In this document: positions 31,504 to 32,000 of the stretch, one piece after another
How the letters are laid out: every line of letters starts with the position of its first letter
Numbering within the stretch: the stretch's first letter is position 1
From: Ruminococcus albus 7 = DSM 20455
GTDB lineage: Bacteria > Bacillota > Clostridia > Oscillospirales > Ruminococcaceae
DNA: 32,000 bases
Direction of reading: 5' to 3'
Assembly: GCF_000179635.2 (NCBI RefSeq)
Contig: NC_014825.1
Span: forward strand, 210,001-242,000
Position numbers and translations under genes: made by a program
The notes under the pieces: model-generated
The model's database searches: none
Seen by the model: only the letters and a program-made list of their open reading frames with translations
What the model was told of the DNA's origin: nothing

Positions 31504-32000
31504 GTGCAATGGCAGAACAATGCTATATGTGCGTGGATCTGTCGAAGTTTTTTCGCAAGTGCAGAATGTGTAGCCAGGAATCTTGACCCGAATACGACCG
31601 ACCTTGTAGTTGCCGACGAATCGAGAGGCAAGGGCGCTATCTGCCTTGCTGTATCTCCCGCTATTCATAAAAAGGGTGTTAAGAACCGCTGCCGCCTTTA
31701 TGAGATACCCGACAACCTCGACTACATCATTGCAAAGCCACGAATGAGAATGTACATGAACATCTCGGCTCATATCTACGGCATTTACAAGAAGTTCGTA
31801 GCCCCCGAGGACGTTTATCCTTATTCCATCGACGAGGTTTTTCTGAATGCCGGTCCATATCTTTCGTTATACAAGATGACCCCGAAAGAGTTTGCTAATG
31901 CGATAATGGACAAGATAATGGAAGAAACGGGCATCACCGCGACCGCAGGTATCGGCACGAATATGTTTCTTGCGAAAGTTGCGCTTGACATAACGGCGAA
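31504..32000 (+). CDS. Y-family (ImpB/UmuC/DinB-like) DNA polymerase, 3' end beyond window; the 5' end is frame-disrupted as sequenced
   Basis: Frame with starts = 1 mod 3 reads FFASAECVARNLDPNTTDLVVADESRGKGAICLAVSPAIHKKGVKNRCRLYEIP..YSIDEVFLNAG..TATAGIGTNMFLAKVALD, which contains the Y-family motifs. The well-placed ATG 31509 (AAGGGAGGGAG upstream) and the catalytic-Asp motif CVDL are in a different frame that stops at 31584-31586. Confidence 0.75.
   Translation, partial: MQWQNNAICAWICRSFFASAECVARNLDPNTTDLVVADESRGKGAICLAVSPAIHKKGVKNRCRLYEIPDNLDYIIAKPRMRMYMNISAHIYGIYKKFVAPEDVYPYSIDEVFLNAGPYLSLYKMTPKEFANAIMDKIMEETGITATAGIGTNMFLAKVALDITA

Noticed and set aside
1-32000. Search for rRNA, tRNA, CRISPR arrays, IS or transposase genes, an integrase/recombinase, a relaxase and att-type terminal repeats.
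   Set aside because: None could be supported by reading both strands. No cloverleaf-like or rRNA-like conserved strings, no DDE or Tyr/Ser-recombinase motifs, and no HUH or MobQ/MobP-type relaxase motifs appear in any long ORF. They presumably lie outside this window.

Overview
Almost the whole window is one tightly coupled minus-strand operon of a Gram-positive (Firmicutes/Clostridia-type) conjugative element, either an ICE or a plasmid. Its regulatory switch sits at the right end. In transcription order, right to left: consensus promoter (30331-30359), ImmA/IrrE-like protease, Cys-rich KTR-type Zn-ribbon, structured leader plus intrinsic terminator, HTH/sigma-region-4-like protein, PcfB-like protein, VirD4-type coupling ATPase, Maff2, VirB6-like protein, two micro-ORFs not in the track, PrgI (VirB3-like), secreted FN3 protein, VirB4 ATPase, membrane proteins, a 2109-aa thioester/CnaB surface adhesin, an acidic protein, topoisomerase III, a small membrane protein, and finally a polyvalent ArdC-N/methyltransferase/SNF2 ORF of more than 2300 codons. 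That last ORF runs off the left edge, so it is absent from the supplied ORF track. Rightward from the switch are an XRE repressor, a second ImmA/IrrE protease and a Y-family DNA polymerase, which runs off the right edge and is also absent from the track. I saw no rRNA, tRNA, CRISPR array, transposase, integrase or recognisable relaxase in these 32 kb, so element boundaries cannot be set. The most unusual observations are: (1) a TnpV-family cistron nested out of frame inside the giant ORF, whose host frame stays stop-free across it; (2) a three-level nested stem structure, a terminator and an SD-sequestering inverted repeat between the first two genes and the rest of the transfer operon; (3) start or frame irregularities in the coupling-protein and polymerase genes, both beside 6-nt homopolymer runs, which could be biology or indel errors and need read-level checking; (4) an adhesin combining a thioester domain, SpyCatcher-like CnaB2 repeats, a His/Asp pentapeptide stalk and a non-canonical NPHTG sorting signal. 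All functional calls come from my own reading of motifs. No database search was possible.
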